A stretch of 64,000 nucleotides of DNA, taken from the NCBI GenBank assembly GCA_965246715.1, contig CBDFFH010000036.1, positions 64,001 through 128,000 on the forward strand. Direction: 5' to 3'. Positions within the stretch are counted from its first letter, which is position 1, and each line of letters begins with the position of its first letter. Made by a program: the position numbers and the translations under genes. Under the pieces are notes generated by a model. It worked only from the letters and a program-made list of their open reading frames with translations, was not told the DNA's origin and did no database searches. The stretch is from Chamaesiphon sp. GTDB lineage: Bacteria; Cyanobacteriota; Cyanobacteriia; Cyanobacteriales; Chamaesiphonaceae. Positions 13,217 to 23,844 of this stretch are shown here, piece by piece.

Positions 13217-14150
13217 CATCAAATGCCATCACACTATAAACTAAGGTTAATAGCAAGAACCAAGCATCAAATCTGGAACCATTAAGTTGAGTCAGCTCAA
13301 GATTAAATCCAGATAATTTAAAATCACGAAACATCTCCTCTAGCTGAAATCTAGTTGCATAAATCTGAACAGCGGTATTTAAGTCTGAAAATGTTGTTAA
13401 CAGAAACCAACCTTCGTCTACTGGCATCCCCTGATGTTCTTTTGGATAGTGAACAGCGACATTAAATGGAAACTTGTGGAGAGTCTTTGAAATGTTAACT
13501 CCTCGCAAAAAGATACTGATACCTGGCACTGAAGCTAGCTGGTTAAGTGTCATTAATTCATCATTATCTAGCTGAACATATGTAGTCTTTTTAAGTCGAA
13601 GGCAGTAACCCCAACCTATCTCTAACAGCCAAGTCGCCAAGTGTTTACTACAGAATTCTCTGTCGCCTAACAGCACAAATGAATAGTCTGGTAACAAGCA
13701 GGTAATTGGATAAATTACTGATTGTTGGTCATCTAAATTACTAGACCCTAATTTATCTAATACCTGCCAATTAATTGGAATTGCTCTACCCTGAATTATC
13801 CAGCTTACTACTAATAAATTATACTTTCGCCAGCTTGTCCTATCGATTGCTAAAACTATTGCTTCCTTTCTCTTCCAATATCCTGTCATTAATTCTATCC
13901 AAATTCCCCACCATATCTTCTCTTTGCACAATCTGGGACTGTTCAAGAATCTCTGTAATGTTTTGAGTCTACTCGCTGCTAAAATTGGTAGCGGTAAATT
14001 ATTTGCTAGATGTCCTAATGTGGCTTTAGCTAATAATCCTACTATTCTCATCAGGATTTCTATCAGCACCAGCTCCGCTGGATTCAATGCGTGGCGGGTC
14101 ACCCGCCACGCTGTTAATTTGAACCACTTTTGATATAATTCGGGATACAT
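13209..14150 (-). pseudogene. IS4-family transposase, C-terminus split off by ISAs1
   Basis: LAIDRTSW, LGDREF and Y..RFQLEEMFRDFK motifs. Confidence 0.85.
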
Positions 14151-14310
14151 TAATTTGTTTTATGCTCTCACTTTTTGAGCATATTTTTATTATTATCTCA
14201 TACTCTTTATACTTCAAGAGTAACTCGCCTTGACATCCCTTCAATGTTCATCTAACTGTGCAAAATCCAGTGTGGGAAAACGTTACAGGGGTGCTTGTCA
14301 CCCCTTCAGG

Positions 14311-14996
14311 TCACTGGCTACGATTTGAATAGCGATGCGGTGGAGAAGTTTACTAGTTCTGGTACGTTTGTCTATACTTTTCCGCTGGCTAATTTCACCT
14401 TATCGAGGGGAATCGCTCTCGATGGTGGGGATAATTTTTACCTCAATGGCCATAACTCGAATAATGACTATCTGGTGAAGAAGTTTACGGATACTGGGAT
14501 GTTGGCAACTGCTTTTTTAACGCCAGATTTTAGTGCTACTGAGGGAATCGCGATCGCGGCTGATGGGAGTATTTATCTAGCTGGCTACGATAATAATCTG
14601 TTCGGTTATGGCGTTCAAAAATTTGCGGCTAATGGTAGTTCGCTCGGTGCGTTTTTAACACCGGATTTTAGTCCGAGTGGCGGATTGGCATTGGATGGTA
14701 GTGGAAGTATCTATCTAACTGGTAGCAATGCAAATTCGGTGTACGGGGTGAAGAAGTTTAGTGCTGTGGGTGGGTTGGAAGATGCTTATTTCGATAGCAG
14801 TGCTTTCTTTAATGGGGTAGCGGTTCGGAATAATAGTGTTTATCTGACTGATGGTAGTGCCAATCGGTTGGTGGTGTTGGCTAGCTCGACGGCGGTACCG
14901 GAACCGAGTGGTTTCGTCGGTACGTTAGTTGCTGGCGGTTGCGTTTTAGTCTGTGTGCGGCTGCGTCGGGGTAGGGGTAAGGAGTTGCGGGAGTAG
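14311..14996 (+). pseudogene. PEP-CTERM beta-propeller-repeat protein, 5'-truncated by IS4
   Basis: Repeats GIALDxxGxxYL; C-terminal VPEPS + TM segment + basic tail; the annotated start lies inside the IS IR. Confidence 0.85.
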
Positions 14997-15194
14997 ATCG
15001 ATGTCAACCCTGCGGTAAGCCAGTAGATTCCGCACAGTCTTGGTATCACCGTCGCGGAGATCGAAGACTCGAAGCTTGTGTGTCGTCTAACGACGATCGC
15101 TAAACTCGTTCGAGATAAGTAGATGTTGAATCCGATCGATCGCCTGTTTGACCTCACTCGAACCACCCCTGTTGGTCACACAATTCTCGGATCG

Positions 15195-15565
15195 TTGGCG
15201 AAGCCTCTCCCCTGGAGAATCGATATCGCCCGTTCGCGTAGCGTTCCCTTTGGGAAATCGCAAGCAGCTAGGGCACTGGGATAATTTTCCAGTTGGGATT
15301 GACGATTGCCGATGGCGATGTAGCAATCTGGGCTGACGGTGGGAGGGAATCGATTACCTCCGGTAGGCTACACCAACGAATTTATCCGGCATGAAAGATT
15401 GAGGGAGAATTTAGAGGTACGAGGTCATTCTCAATTGTTGAGCTTAACCCAATCTCGCTATCTCGATCGACCGACCGAGCGCAAAGACGCTGCCAAAGCT
15501 CATCGCTGTTGTTGCCGCTTGGCTAAAGACTTAATCGCTCGTTCGCGTAGCGTCCCCTTTGGGGA
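15195..15565. repeat. Cluster of four CGATCG-inserted double-hairpin repeats (15195-15218, 15233-15256, 15355-15376, 15542-15565)
   Basis: Each is CGAT-[stem-3nt-stem][GGC/CGC-TAC/TTC-GCC/GCG]AA-CG on one strand; 15355-15376 has one stem mismatch. Confidence 0.8.
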
Positions 15566-15719
15566 ATCGGGCGACTTCTCACTCTGCTCCAACCATTGAG
15601 CGATCGCTTCTTCCACAATCGTCTCTTTGACGTTTAATTCGGGTAAAGATACTCTTGATTTGAAAAAAATATGGTGTTTATTCTTCCTATGCTTGTACAA
15701 CCAGATATTTAAAAAGCAT

Positions 15720-15935
15720 TTAATTATACTCTCCAGGAAGAACGGTTTTTGTAACAGTAACTCCGCCAAATTTCTTTCCTGACATTCTCAGTAATTCATC
15801 ACCTGAAAATTCAAAGCCAAGCTTTAGTGCTATCTGTGCAACCTCATCTGCGGTTGATGCTGTGAGCACTTCGTTTTTAAGTGCAGGTTCAGACTGCATT
15901 TTCTTTAAAAACGCCTCAAGTCGATCTAAAGCCAT
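15720..15935 (-). CDS. Nif11-like leader peptide family protein
   Basis: LEAFLKKMQSEPALK...VAQIALKLGFEFSGDEL pattern. Confidence 0.8.
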   Translation of the reverse strand: MALDRLEAFLKKMQSEPALKNEVLTASTADEVAQIALKLGFEFSGDELLRMSGKKFGGVTVTKTVLPGEYN

Positions 15936-16086
15936 ATTTAAAATTCCTATTTTTTGTTAGCCGCTTATATTAAACAAGGAAACCATTACATACTTCAAGC
16001 AAATCCTATCATTCTTTTAAGATATAGGCAATGAGTGGGACTCCTAATTATAAAATCCTTTGTTGAGGGGAGAAACGCAAAATTTG

Positions 16087-16107
16087 ACTTTTCAAACATC
16101 CTCTAAG
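16087..16107. mobile_element. Solo IS/MITE terminal repeat (ACTTTTCAAACATCCTCTAAG)
   Basis: Resembles cyanobacterial IS5-type ends; no partner seen in the window. Confidence 0.4.
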
Positions 16108-16225
16108 CTTATATCTTTATCTCGATCGTCTGAATAACGATTGCCGATGGCGATGTAGCAATCTGGGCTAATGGTGGGAAGACGGCGATTACCTGCGACG
16201 AAGCGCGGCTACGCCAACGAATTTG

Positions 16226-17793
16226 GTAGAAGTTCACAGGGCTAAGGCAGAAGAGAAGGTGGAACTGCACCAGAACGAGCAGCAGAGATAGATTCAATCA
16301 AAAAATCAAGAATATTCCGCTCTTGCAACGGAAGGGAAGACACAACAGTGAGCAAACGAGATACAAACTCACTGCCAGCCAAAGAATCTGAGCAAAAGCT
16401 AGTCCGCCGCCAAATTACAGCAGGACGAATTGCTCTTTCAGCCGCATTATTAGTCGGCTCTACGCCCTCTTCACGCACAAATAACCATAAAGAATCGAAC
16501 AGCTTCAATAGATTACGGCACGTCCGCACAGTTTTAGCTAATGGGGTCTTTTCACGTTCACCAATTTGGAGTGCGGCTGCTTCCATCAGAATGCTGGAAA
16601 GTTGAGCTTGAATCGGTTCGACCGCTTGAGCTAACTCTATTCGAGTGAGTTGTTCATTTCTGAATTGATGCCAAAGATTGAAAAGTAGCTGTTCTTGAGC
16701 TAGTAGCGATTCACCAATCTCGGCACTTGCGCCAACTCGTTCCGAGATTTGGATAAAGTCCCGTTTAAGATGTGCCCAGCAGATTTGTCTGTTGGCTACG
16801 TCCACCCAGTTATAAGCAGGGCAACGGTCGCTGGTGATAAATCCAGCAAAGGCGGCTCCTAAGACAGTTTGAGCCGCAGTACTCCCTCGACTTAAAATCA
16901 TCTGAAAGCAAATTATTAATGGCGTTACCGCCACCCACAACCAGCCACTGGTCTTCGCGGCATTTTGACCATCTCCATTCCGCTGCTTAAAACCAGTCTC
17001 ATCTACTCCTACTGTCGGTTGCTGTTGAACGTAACCTTGTGTTTCTGTCACCGCTGCACTAACAGCTTCACTTACTTCTGTGCGTAGGTTATTTATTGTC
17101 CCTAATGACATCTCAATCCCAAACACCGCCTGCATGATTTTCTGGATCTGGTGATAGGATTGTCGGTACTGACTACTAAACAAGCCCACGTAAGCTGCTA
17201 CCCCTGCGCCATATCCGCCTGTGGCAATAATTTGGGTCATTTCTGGTGCTTGATTTGCCGTGCCACAACAAGTGCACGTCATCTGATGAAATCGATGCTC
17301 GATAACAATTGGTTGTACTGGCGGGACTTCTACTACTTGATGTCGATATATTTGAGTCCGCAAACTGTCATTAACGGACGCTCCACATTTCCCACATTGC
17401 TGTGGGTAGTAGTCGATTACCTCAAGACACATTTCGAGTGGATACAGTTTTCGCTCGTGCCCAATATGCCCGATTTGCCCACCGCGTTTTTTACCCGTGG
17501 GTTCCTTTCGATTTGGTTTAAACCCTTGGGGATTCTTTGATGGTGGTTGTGATGAATTAGCTGATGTTCTTGCTAGTTGTTCCTTGAGCAACTCATTTTC
17601 TGTTCGCAGTGCTGCCACTTCTTGCTCAATCCGATCCATCCGCCGCACTAATTCTTCGATTAGTTTAAGAACGCTTACTGGTACTTGTGCCCACTCTTCT
17701 GGGCTGATTGCCGCTATTAGTTCTGGCACTGTCTTTTCCATGTGCCTTACCCTATCAGATTTCTCGGCTTTTTGCTACCCCCTGAACTTCTAC
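16226..17793 (-). mobile_element. IS66-family element, single-ORF type
   Basis: IRs GTAGAAGTTCA/TGAACTTCTAC; 8-bp TSD CGAATTTG. Confidence 0.93.
16242..17741 (-). CDS. IS66-family transposase
   Basis: NSSQPPS, zinc finger, VDETG, QICWAHLKRDF and PTNNAAERAIRP motifs. Confidence 0.93.
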   Translation of the reverse strand: MEKTVPELIAAISPEEWAQVPVSVLKLIEELVRRMDRIEQEVAALRTENELLKEQLARTSANSSQPPSKNPQGFKPNRKEPTGKKRGGQIGHIGHERKLYPLEMCLEVIDYYPQQCGKCGASVNDSLRTQIYRHQVVEVPPVQPIVIEHRFHQMTCTCCGTANQAPEMTQIIATGGYGAGVAAYVGLFSSQYRQSYHQIQKIMQAVFGIEMSLGTINNLRTEVSEAVSAAVTETQGYVQQQPTVGVDETGFKQRNGDGQNAAKTSGWLWVAVTPLIICFQMILSRGSTAAQTVLGAAFAGFITSDRCPAYNWVDVANRQICWAHLKRDFIQISERVGASAEIGESLLAQEQLLFNLWHQFRNEQLTRIELAQAVEPIQAQLSSILMEAAALQIGEREKTPLAKTVRTCRNLLKLFDSLWLFVREEGVEPTNNAAERAIRPAVIWRRTSFCSDSLAGSEFVSRLLTVVSSLPLQERNILDFLIESISAARSGAVPPSLLP

Positions 17794-17863
17794 CGAATTT
17801 GTCTGGCATTAGAGGTCGGGGTATGTGGGAAGATCGATCTTGCGATCGCGTTTCATTTCTAAT

Positions 17864-17915
17864 TTACATCAGTATTTGCTTGCTGACTTACATCAGCAAG
17901 CAAATACTGATGTAA
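17864..17915. promoter_or_regulatory. Long palindrome upstream of the parA remnant (candidate centromere/operator)
   Basis: TTACATCAGTATTTGCTTGCTGA-cttaca-TCAGCAAGCAAATACTGATGTAA, followed by further TACTGA motifs. Confidence 0.5.
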
Positions 17916-18033
17916 GTACTGACCTAATTACTGATAAATACATTGAAAGTAAGTATTTACTGAGATTTCGATCGCATTCCGCACTAGAATAAGCTCAACT
18001 TCATCTATTCGGTGCTGCTGGCATCTACAACTT

Positions 18034-18102
18034 ATGCCCGTAATTGGAATTTGTAACCAGAAGGGCGGTAGCGGTAAAAGCTCCACCGCCGCACACTACT
18101 GA
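18034..18102 (+). pseudogene. parA: ParA ATPase N-terminal remnant
   Basis: MPVIGICNQKGGSGKSSTAAHY*, a deviant Walker A motif; absent from the ORF track. Confidence 0.8.
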
Positions 18103-18562
18103 AGTGAATGATGATTTGCTTGCTGATATACTGGCTGATGTAGATAACAAAAATATAGTCGCAGAAACAAGCACTGAAACAAGTAATGATTTACTTACTG
18201 ATATGAGTACTAAAATAACTACTGATGTCAGCACTGAAGCAGATCGGACTAAACAGAGCGACAATCCGTGCCCACAGCAGCAAACAAAAGCTAAAAGTAA
18301 CAATCACAAGCCAGAGAAAACAAAGCAAAAAGGAGGATCGACAGCGACTAAAGCTGAAGAATCGAGTCTGAGCGTTGATGTAATTGAGGCGTTCAAGAGA
18401 AACCAGAAAGAAGCGACAACTCGCTTTACCGTCGATTTGCCCCAATCTCAACATCAGCAGTTCGCGATCGTGTCCAAGAAGCTCAATACTAATATGAGCA
18501 ACTTAGCACGAGTATTAATCGAGAAATTTTTGACCGAGATCGAGCGCGATGGACTACTGTAA
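18044..18562 (+). pseudogene. ParG/CopG-like ribbon-helix-helix partition protein (true 5' end deleted)
   Basis: Low-complexity N-terminal part, then TRFTVDLPQSQHQQFAIVSKKLNTNMSNLARVLIEKFL; joined to the parA remnant. Confidence 0.6.
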
Positions 18563-18614
18563 TTAATAGTTAATAGTTAATAATTAATAGTTGTTAATTA
18601 TTAACTATTAACTA
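18561..18614. repeat. Heptamer TAA(T)AGT-type tandem repeats in inverted arrangement
   Basis: taattaatagttaatagttaataattaatagt...taactattaacta between convergent genes. Confidence 0.6.
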
Positions 18615-18730
18615 AAAAGCTGCCTTCAAATAATCTGCCAGCCGATAGCCAGCTAACACGAGCCGTCTTTGAGCGATCGTCTTGGCTGTATCTGCATATC
18701 CATCTGGTAAAACCTTCCCGTCGGTCTTAG

Positions 18731-19549
18731 TAAGTACCTAGACGAAAATAATTACACAAATAAGTGATAGAATATAATCAATTTTTGAAATTAGATACTC
18801 ACTGATAGTCTCAATGCTTTTTCTTCGAGAAATCAACCCACTCTCTTTTAATCTCTTGGAGCGAATTTATCGCCAGAGTAGACATCATCAGGTACGGCAA
18901 AGAGCACACTTTTTAATTTTAGCTTCGCAGCAAACTAAAGTCAATCAGTTGATGGACATATTTGATATTAGTTATAAAACGGTTTATAACTGGATAAATC
19001 GATGGGAGTCGGAAGGAATGGTCGGGCTATATAATCAACCAGGCAGAGGCAGGAAAAAGACATTTAATTCTGAGCAATCAAAAAAAATTAAAGACTGGGC
19101 AAAGCAGGAGCCAAGACAGTTGAAACAAGTGGTACAAAAAGTCAAAGCGGAATGGGATATTGACATTAGTACTAAAACCATCAAGAGAATACTTAAATCA
19201 TTGTCAATGAGTTGGCATCGGATGCGCCGAGGTGTTAGGGGAGAGCCAGATCCAGCGGAATACATCCAAAAGCAAGCAGAGCTAGCCAAATTAAAACAAT
19301 TAGAAGATGCTGGAGAAATTAATTTGTATTATTTAGATGAAACTGGTTTTTGCTTGATTCCTGTGGTACCTTATGGCTGGCAAAATATTGGTGAATATTT
19401 ATCAATAGATAGTAGTCGGAGTAAGCGATTAAACGTTTTAGGAATTATCAGCCGAAAGAATCATCTTGAAGCCTATATCTCAACTCAAACTATTAACTCT
19501 GACGTGATTGCTACCTGTATAGATACTTTTTTCCCAGTAGCTACTTACC
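18731..19549 (+). mobile_element. IS630-family element, internally deleted (transposase 18814 to ~19540)
   Basis: HTH plus YLDETGF; ends TAAGTACCTA/TAGCTACTTA at a duplicated TA. Confidence 0.8.
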
Positions 19550-19707
19550 ACTTTGGAGATTTTCATATACCTGTGGGGCGAGTTTATAGCTCTCTACCTT
19601 GCCCCACTTCTCAAAAGATGTTTCAATAAGTTCGGGTAAATTCCCACGCTGATATTCAGCATTCTGACGCAGTAAGATCGCCTGATTGCGTACCGACTGA
19701 AAGCGAT

Positions 19708-19729
19708 TACCTCCGGTAGGCTACGCCAA
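19708..19729 (+). repeat. 22-nt double-hairpin insert in CGATCG (frameshifting)
   Basis: CGAT-TACC TCC GGTA GGC TAC GCC AA-CG; removal restores GSDRFQSVRNQA. Confidence 0.85.
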
Positions 19730-20602
19730 CGGAACCCAAAATCAGATCGTCCCAGTATTTATGTAGGCTAATCGTGCTGCTGCCCTCCTTGGCGCGGATG
19801 TAGAAGCGAGTACCGCCTCGATCGCCTTCGGGGAGGGGGAATTGATTCGAGACGGATTTGGTGGTGTGGAGGGGTTGGTGGATATCGCCCACGAGGTGAA
19901 AGATCCACGTCAGCGCGATCGCTTTTGTGGGTGTAGTGCCAGGAGCAGCTAATAGAGTGCGGTTCTGCTGTAAGGCGGTGAGAATATTTTCCTCACCAGT
20001 GGGACTAGCGGGGATGGTAGTGGCGGTAGAACCGAGTTTGAAGGGGAAGTTCACATAATGCCAAGTGGGGCGATCTTCGGTGGTTTGGCGAGCATCGTCA
20101 GCCCACCGCGTCGCCAGCATGAATAGATAGAGATCGCGATCGCCTTGGGGAACGGTACTAATTTGGCTTTGCCACTTACTAACGTAGTCAGGATGTTTTT
20201 TGAGAAGGGCGATAACTCTAGGTACGGATTGGGGGGATTTTGCTTGCAATTCGGTATAGGCGATCGCCCCAGAAACCATGTGTCCGGCTTTGTTCCAAGC
20301 CAGGGCAGGGGTGCAGATGGAGATTGAAGCAAGGAGAGTCGATAGGGCGATGAATTTGTTCATAAGTGTAGTGTCGTTAAGTAACGATTCTCCAAGGGGA
20401 CGCTTCGCGATCGGGATATGCGGGGGGAAATAGATAAGAAATTAATTAAATGGACGATTTAATTAGGTCGCTCGTTCGCGCAGCGTCTCCTTTGGGGAAT
20501 CTCTAGTTCGATGAAATCGAGTAGTGAAGACTGGACTAAAGAGATCGCCTCCTGGTATGCGTCAGCTTCCATATCTTCGATCTCAAATGCCCAATCGCTT
20601 GG

Positions 20603-20885
20603 AGGGTGACAGCACCGCTGTTACCAAGAAACCCAGCTATTTACAGCCTCCAAACCTTGGTAAAAATTTAGTCGATGCTGTGATCTATGTAGCATAAGCA
20701 ATCCCACAGAATGGGACATTAGATCGATCATCATTAACCAATCAGAGGCATAGTTACCTAACCAAAATCGGCTAGTATCCGAGGTATCACCTCGAAGCTT
20801 TTTATCTCTACCAATATATTTAGAAGTAGCAGTAGAACGGTATTTATTTCCTTGCAAACATGATTGTGTATAAGCAATTTGAGTC
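20603..20885 (-). pseudogene. IS4-family transposase C-terminal remnant
   Basis: IAYTQSCLQG...KYIGR...SRFWLG; terminal GGGTGACA like the other IS4 ends. Confidence 0.55.
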
Positions 20886-20912
20886 CACAATTGCACGGTG
20901 GTGCAGGTATCT

Positions 20913-21832
20913 GATACTGTTGGCGAATTCAAAAAGCGATCGAGCGGGTGGGCAGACGATCGCTCTACCAAATGGACTGGTTACAAAGTCCATCTAACCG
21001 AAACTTGTGAGGAAGATTTACCACATTTAATTACTCACGTCGAAACTACTGTGGCGACAACGCAAGATTCTACAGTCTTGTCATCTATTCATCAAGCTCT
21101 AGCCGAACGAGAAATTTTACCAGAACATCATTTAGTCGATATGGGCTATACTTCGACACAGTTAATTGTCAGTAGCCAACAAGAATATGACATCGATTTG
21201 GTTGGCCCAGTTGCTCTAAATGCTCAATGGCAGGCTAAAGAAGAAGCAGGATTCGATTTGTTTAGCTTTCAAGTTAATTGGAAACGAAAAGTGGTTTATT
21301 GCCCACAAGGTAAACGTAGTCGGCTCTGGAAAAATAGTCATGATGCTTATGGCAAACCAACAATCCATGTTGAATTTAGTAAAAGTGACTGTTCGGCTTG
21401 TCCGGTGCGTAGTCAATGCACTCGTGCTCCTGTCAATCCGCGTGGTTTAACTTTGATGATTCAAGCAGATTATGAGGCTTTAGCTAATGCTCGTGCCAGA
21501 CAAAAAACGGCAGAATTCAAGCAAGAATATTCTTTGCGATCGGGAATTGAAGGGACTATCTCTCAAGGCATTCGTGGTTTTAATTTACGCAAGTGTCGTT
21601 ATATTGGATTAGAAAAAACTCGTCTTCAACATACTTTGACCGCAGCAGCGATGAATCTAGAGCGGATTTATGCTTGGCTCGAAGAGATTACTCTAGCTCA
21701 AACTCGCCGTTCTCATTTTGAAAAAATGGCACATCGGAAGCTGGCGACCTGCTAAGCCAGCGTTTCGCCATCGCCAGAACCGTTGGCGTAGCCTACCGTA
21801 GGTAATCGCTTTTTGAATTCGCCAACAGTATC
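20913..21832 (+). mobile_element. IS1182-family element, internally deleted
   Basis: 28-bp IRs GATACTGTTGGCGAATTCAAAAAGCGAT; 7-bp TSD GGTATCT; WTGYKVHLTETC, VDMGY and RSGIEGTISQ motifs. Confidence 0.9.
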
Positions 21833-21986
21833 GGTATCTTGCCATGATGCTAGTGGCAAACTAGGCAATAGGATTGTATCTGGGCGATTGCTAACTGAAA
21901 TGACCATATCAATAATTCCTCGCGGATGAGTTGGCGTGGGTGACTTTGTTTAGCTGTTGAATGGTTTGAAAGACTGTTGGATGATG

Positions 21987-22250
21987 TTAGTAGAGGAATA
22001 TATGGTCAACGTAGCACCACTTCCAGTCTTCTCCTGGCTCAACCGATCGAATGATGGGATGTTTGGTAGTGTGAAAGTGTTGTGTCGCGTGCTTATTCTG
22101 AGAATCATCACAACAACCGACGTGTCCACAGGTCAGGCACTCGCGCAGATGCACCCAAGTATCACCCATTGCTAGACATTCTTCACAGCCATTGATGCTG
22201 CTAGGTGTCACTTGACGAATTTGGTCGAGATGAGTACAGGATTTACTCAT
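21987..22250 (-). CDS. UBP-type zinc finger protein
   Basis: CTHL...CEEC...LRECLTCGHVGCCD...HATQH...WCYVD. Confidence 0.9.
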   Translation of the reverse strand: MSKSCTHLDQIRQVTPSSINGCEECLAMGDTWVHLRECLTCGHVGCCDDSQNKHATQHFHTTKHPIIRSVEPGEDWKWCYVDHIFLY

Positions 22251-22286
22251 AAAACTTACTCCAAATAATTTCTAGCCGTCCCTATC

Positions 22287-22450
22287 TGTAGCGACCCACA
22301 ATACTAATCACTCCAGACCACAATCATCGCAATTTTGAGACCACATTAGCTGCAACTATCCGGTCACTTGAGACCGAATTAAGTGCAACTGAGACCACAT
22401 TATTTGCAACCAGCCCACAATACTAATTTTGAGACCACATTAAATGCAAC
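22287..22450. mobile_element. Probable TGT-initiated transposon end with tandem transposase-binding repeats
   Basis: Starts TGTAGCGACCCACAAT; 4 x TGAGACC(A/G)(C/A)ATTAnnTGCAAC plus CCACAATACTAAT repeats; next to a res/resolvase region. Confidence 0.55.
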
Positions 22451-22452
22451 TA

Positions 22453-23682
22453 CTCACATCTTGCACCAGTACATAACAACTGATTTTCGCAGGAGTCAAA
22501 ATATGAGAAAAAGGGCGTGTAAAAACATTGATGAGAACAGTGAATACCATTCTCCCGTACGCCCAATTAATACTCTACACGTTGTTAGAGCTGATGCCCA
22601 GTCCCTATCAGAAACTTAGTCTCCAAGCTAGTTTCGCTCTATTTATGGAACCTAAGAATGGTCAAATGTTACCAGAACATGGGGTGATTAAATCACCTGC
22701 GGCTTTGAGCAGATTTTTCAATGAATATGGGTGGCCAACCAGAGCCGTGATTCGTACGACTCGCCAACATATTTTGAAACAGTTGAGTAATTACACAGCC
22801 AAAGGACAAAGACCTTACTTGCAGGTAATTATCGATCTGACTACATTGGAGAAAAGGGGGAAATTCAAAGCATTTGCAACGTTGATACATATTCTCAACG
22901 GTAAGCGAGGACTGCATTTGGTTGTACTGTACTTAGTCGTTGGACAGTGGAGAATACCTTGGGCGTTCCGTTCCTGGCGTGGTAAAGGCACAACTACTCC
23001 TGCTCAATTGGGGCTAAAATTGCTCCGCACCTTGCCCAAGAAACTCACTTACCGCTTTCGAGTCCAAGTATTGGCCGATACTGGATTTAGTAGTGTCGAA
23101 TTCCTCAACGGGGTCAAAAAACTTCGTCATCAAGCAATTGTTGGTATACCGAATAACCGGAAACTGGCAGATGGGAGACAGATGAAGATGCTAGGCAAGA
23201 AGGGTCAACAAGTTAAGCTATCAGGTTTAGAGGGCGTGGTTACGGCTTCCTGGTTCTACTTAAAACGGGATGGTAAGTTGGAGAAAAGATTTGTGATTTC
23301 GACCCGCGCTCTTAAAGGCAGTACGATTGCTTGGTGGGGCAGTCGTCGATGGGCAATTGAAGGATTTTTCAAGACTGCTAAATATCGATTTGGGCTGGCT
23401 AGCTTCGGTCAACAAACACTTTTAGGTGTATACCGTTGGCTGCTTCTGAGCTTTATTAGTTTTGTACTCACCCACTGGGTCTATTTATCCTCAAACGTAA
23501 GCCTTCCGCCTGAGTGGAGACAGGAATCTGAGCTGGCACTTCAACAGTTAATGCCACAGATCGCAGTGAGTTTACTTTTAGTAGAAATCGATCGGAAGCG
23601 AGACTTTCTGCTCTCGCAGGGTCTTGCCTTGGAATTAGTCTCGATCTAAATCTAGTACTTATATTCTGGTGCAAGATGTGAG
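22453..23682 (+). mobile_element. IS701-family element (transposase 22528-23649)
   Basis: IRs CTCACATCTTGCACCAG/CTGGTGCAAGATGTGAG; TSD ACTA; IIDLT, LADTGF and RWAIEGFFK motifs. Confidence 0.9.
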
Positions 23683-23844
23683 ACTATAAATTGGGGCTGA
23701 TGGAGTAAAGAAAACGGGTCTTTAACGAATGATGGCAACTATCGAACCTTAAAGCCTAAGACTGTCATTCTATAGTCCGTTAACTCGGTTCACTAATCAA
23801 AGTTCGGTTACAATGAGTGTAGATATTTTCTGAACTACGCTTAT

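Larger units (their letters stand above)
11444..14310 (-). mobile_element. IS4-family element; its transposase is interrupted by ISAs1
   Basis: 24-bp IRs at 11444-11467 and 14287-14310 (CCTGAAGGGGTGACAAGCACCCCT); DDE transposase 13209-14150 continues below 11705; no TSD. Confidence 0.85.
18613..20363 (-). pseudogene. S1/P1 nuclease, frameshifted by a 22-nt insert and split by IS630
   Basis: Signal peptide, WNKAGH, WADD, WHYVN, HLVGDIHQPLH and LHKYWD; C-terminus (AQRRLVLAGYRLADYLKAAF*) lies at 18613-18730. Confidence 0.88.

Noticed and set aside
22330..22450. Possible CRISPR array
   Set aside because: Spacing is irregular (0-20 nt), the repeats are degenerate and there are no cas genes; protein-binding repeats fit better
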